DNA of 64,000 nucleotides from contig CAXXWS020000003.1 in the NCBI GenBank assembly GCA_963665325.3, forward strand, positions 768,001 to 832,000, read 5' to 3'. The DNA comes from Alphaproteobacteria bacterium. Lineage in GTDB: Bacteria; Pseudomonadota; Alphaproteobacteria; Bin95. Both the position numbers and the translations under genes were made by a program. The notes under the pieces were generated by a model that made no database searches, was not told where the DNA came from, and was given only the letters and a program-made list of their open reading frames with translations. Below are positions 61,921 through 64,000 of this stretch, one piece after another. Within the stretch, counting starts at the first letter, position 1. The number at the start of each line of letters is the position of its first letter.

Positions 61921-64000
61921 TCATAGGCTGAGATCGCGCTCGATGTGCTTCCGGGCGCCGGCCTCCCCGATTTCTGGCTCTCGCGTGCGATCCCGCTCTG
62001 GCGATATCGAAGCTCCGCTTTCCCGAACACTGTTGAGGCCCGCTTCCCGCCCCTTCGCCTGCTCCGGCCCGACCGCCTCCAGCGCCGCGATCCTCTCGCC
62101 GGTTGCCGTTTCGAGCTGCTCGCGCAGCGCCGCCCTGTCGTCGGTGACCAGTTCCGCCCGGTCGCGGGCCCGGCTGATCTCGACATAGAGCATCCGCTGC
62201 GTCGTCAGGTTGGGATGTTTCGCTTCCATTGCCGCGATTACCGTATCGACGGTGCGGCCCTGGAACGAATGCACGGTCGAGGCCCAGGCGCGGTCGACAT
62301 GGCGGAGCTGCGGATCGCCGGGAGCGAGATCGAGAGACCGCCCGTCCTCGAGCCGGAACGTGACCTTGCCGTCCCTCACCGCGGCGACCTCGGCGGCGCC
62401 GCTGTTCACCAGTCCCAGACCGGCATCATTGCGGGTCCAGCGGACGCGGTCGCCGGCGCGCAGTTCCATCTCCATGACCCTGTAGACCTCGACCCCGCCG
62501 CTCCGTGCCGCAATCCGCTCCGGCTCCCAGGCGACTGACCGGCCGTCCGCGCCGGCCAGTTCGACCGTGTGCGCCTTGTGATCGACGCCGGCGACCCGCA
62601 GCTCGTCGCCCTTCTCGACGCCGAGGCGCTTGTAGGGGCGGTGGAAGGCGACGACGTCGCCCGGCGCGTAGTTCGCCGCCAGCGCCTTCTCCGCATTCGT
62701 GTATCCCTGCGAGACCAGCCGCTCGGCGGTGACGGCGGGGCCGTGGACGACGCCGTCGCGCACCAGGCGCTCGCGGACGATGGCGTTGATGTCCTCGCGG
62801 ATGGCGTGGCTCGGCGCCATCAGCCCGGCACTGGCGCGCTCCTCCGGCGACAGCCGGAGCCAGCGCGCGGCGGCGGCGCCGGCGAGGTTGTCGGGCTTCA
62901 CCTCGGCGACGTTCGGCCCGAGCTTCCCGAAGGCGCGTCCGATGTCGCCGGCGAGGCTGGCCTCGACGGCGGCCTTCAGGTCGGGATCGCGCTGGCGGCG
63001 GATCTCGTCCATCAGGGCGGTCTCCATGCCGGCGGCCTGCAACTGGGCGAAGGGTTTCCCGGCGTCGACCGCGCCGAGCTGCTTCTCGTCGCCGACCAGC
63101 ACCACGCGGGGGATGCGCAGCGCATCGGCGATCCTGAGCAGGTCCCGGGCCTGGACGGTGGAGGCCAGCGAGCCCTCGTCGACCACCAGCGCGGTCCTGG
63201 CGAACGCGGCGCGCATCTCCTTCCCGCCCTTCCTCGTCAGCCGCCCTTCGGCGACGCCGGCATTGCGGGCGAGGAAGCGCTGCAGGGTCTCGGATTCGAT
63301 CCCGGCCTCGTCGCCGAGCGTCCGCGCCGCCGAGGCCGACGGCGCAAGCCCCCGGACCTGCCAGCCGCGCTTCTCGAGCAGCGCGCGGGCGCGGTTCAGC
63401 ATGGTGGTCTTGCCTGTGCCGGCATAGCCCTGTACCCCGACCGTGCGGTCGTCCGAGGCGAGGATCAGCTTCACCGCCGCCTTCTGCCCGGCCGTGAGCG
63501 GCCCGTTGCGGAGCGCCTTGTCGACCGCGCGGGCGCGCATCGGTGCCGCGATCCGTCCCCGGCCGGCGCGCATGAGCGCGACGGTCTCGGTCTCGTCGGC
63601 GACCGCCCGGTCGGTGGTCAGGCGGTCTTCGGCGCCCGGTAGCCGCGCCGCGAGCAGCGTCCCGGCCTTCTCCAGCGCGGCGACCTCGCGTTCGGCCTCG
63701 GCGATGGTCACCGCGCCGGTGCGCCAGGAGAGCGCCGCGGCGAGCAGATCGGTGCGGGCGAACACCGCCTCGCGCTCGGCCAGATGCGCCACCGCCCAGG
63801 CCATCGCCTCGGCGGCCGGGTCGGGGTGCTCCGCCGGCGTTTCCGGGGAGGCGATCTTACCCTCTACGGCCGCCGGTCCGGTTTCCGCCTCCACCGCAGG
63901 AGCCGCTTCGCGCACCGCATCCGTCCGCCCGGCCTCCTTCGCCGCCTGGGCGACCAACCCGCAGGCATCGAAGCCGAGATCGGCGGCCTGTTTCTCCCAG
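61921..64000 (-). CDS. Conjugative relaxase-helicase, MOBF/TrwC-like, C-terminal part (5' end outside window)
   Basis: LTAGQKAA, VQGYAGTGKTT, LAPSASAA, VVDEGS, GDEKQLGAVDAGKPF, RWTRND, STVHSFQG, YVEISRAR; relaxase domain itself not in window. Confidence 0.85.
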   Translation of the reverse strand, partial: WEKQAADLGFDACGLVAQAAKEAGRTDAVREAAPAVEAETGPAAVEGKIASPETPAEHPDPAAEAMAWAVAHLAEREAVFARTDLLAAALSWRTGAVTIAEAEREVAALEKAGTLLAARLPGAEDRLTTDRAVADETETVALMRAGRGRIAAPMRARAVDKALRNGPLTAGQKAAVKLILASDDRTVGVQGYAGTGKTTMLNRARALLEKRGWQVRGLAPSASAARTLGDEAGIESETLQRFLARNAGVAEGRLTRKGGKEMRAAFARTALVVDEGSLASTVQARDLLRIADALRIPRVVLVGDEKQLGAVDAGKPFAQLQAAGMETALMDEIRRQRDPDLKAAVEASLAGDIGRAFGKLGPNVAEVKPDNLAGAAAARWLRLSPEERASAGLMAPSHAIREDINAIVRERLVRDGVVHGPAVTAERLVSQGYTNAEKALAANYAPGDVVAFHRPYKRLGVEKGDELRVAGVDHKAHTVELAGADGRSVAWEPERIAARSGGVEVYRVMEMELRAGDRVRWTRNDAGLGLVNSGAAEVAAVRDGKVTFRLEDGRSLDLAPGDPQLRHVDRAWASTVHSFQGRTVDTVIAAMEAKHPNLTTQRMLYVEISRARDRAELVTDDRAALREQLETATGERIAALEAVGPEQAKGREAGLNSVRESGASISPERDRTREPEIGEAGARKHIERDLSL

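Overview
GC-rich, Alphaproteobacteria-like chromosome segment. It opens with the 3' end of an rRNA operon (23S, 5S, tRNA-fMet). From about 1.46 kb to the window end lies a large integrated, ICE/plasmid-like island. No integrase is seen, and a MOBF/TrwC-type relaxase-helicase runs off the right edge. The island has five parts. (i) A defence-like region next to the tRNA: DUF932, an MmeI-like relic, a TPR-like protein, HEPN-motif plus PD-(D/E)XK genes, and a HEPN-SNF2 helicase coupled to a sacsin-GHKL/HNH protein. (ii) A co-oriented plasmid 'leading region' backbone: HU (opposite strand), PAPS-reductase-like, MoxR AAA/DUF3150/vWA, ParB, GHKL, RadC, strawberry-notch methylase-helicase, TacAT, SLOG, SSB, Toprim, DUF4326 and DUF2493. 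(iii) A 4-gene transposon that splits the GHKL gene. (iv) A cargo segment between two copies of a small gene, carrying an FGE-domain protein plus a HicA-like gene. (v) A complete type I-G CRISPR-Cas locus with 13 intact repeats. The most notable observation is a degenerate one-spacer mini-array just upstream of cas3 whose spacer seed matches (12/14 nt) a site in the cas3 upstream region, a candidate Cas-autoregulatory crRNA-like RNA. Protein family calls come from motif recognition by eye, not from database searches.
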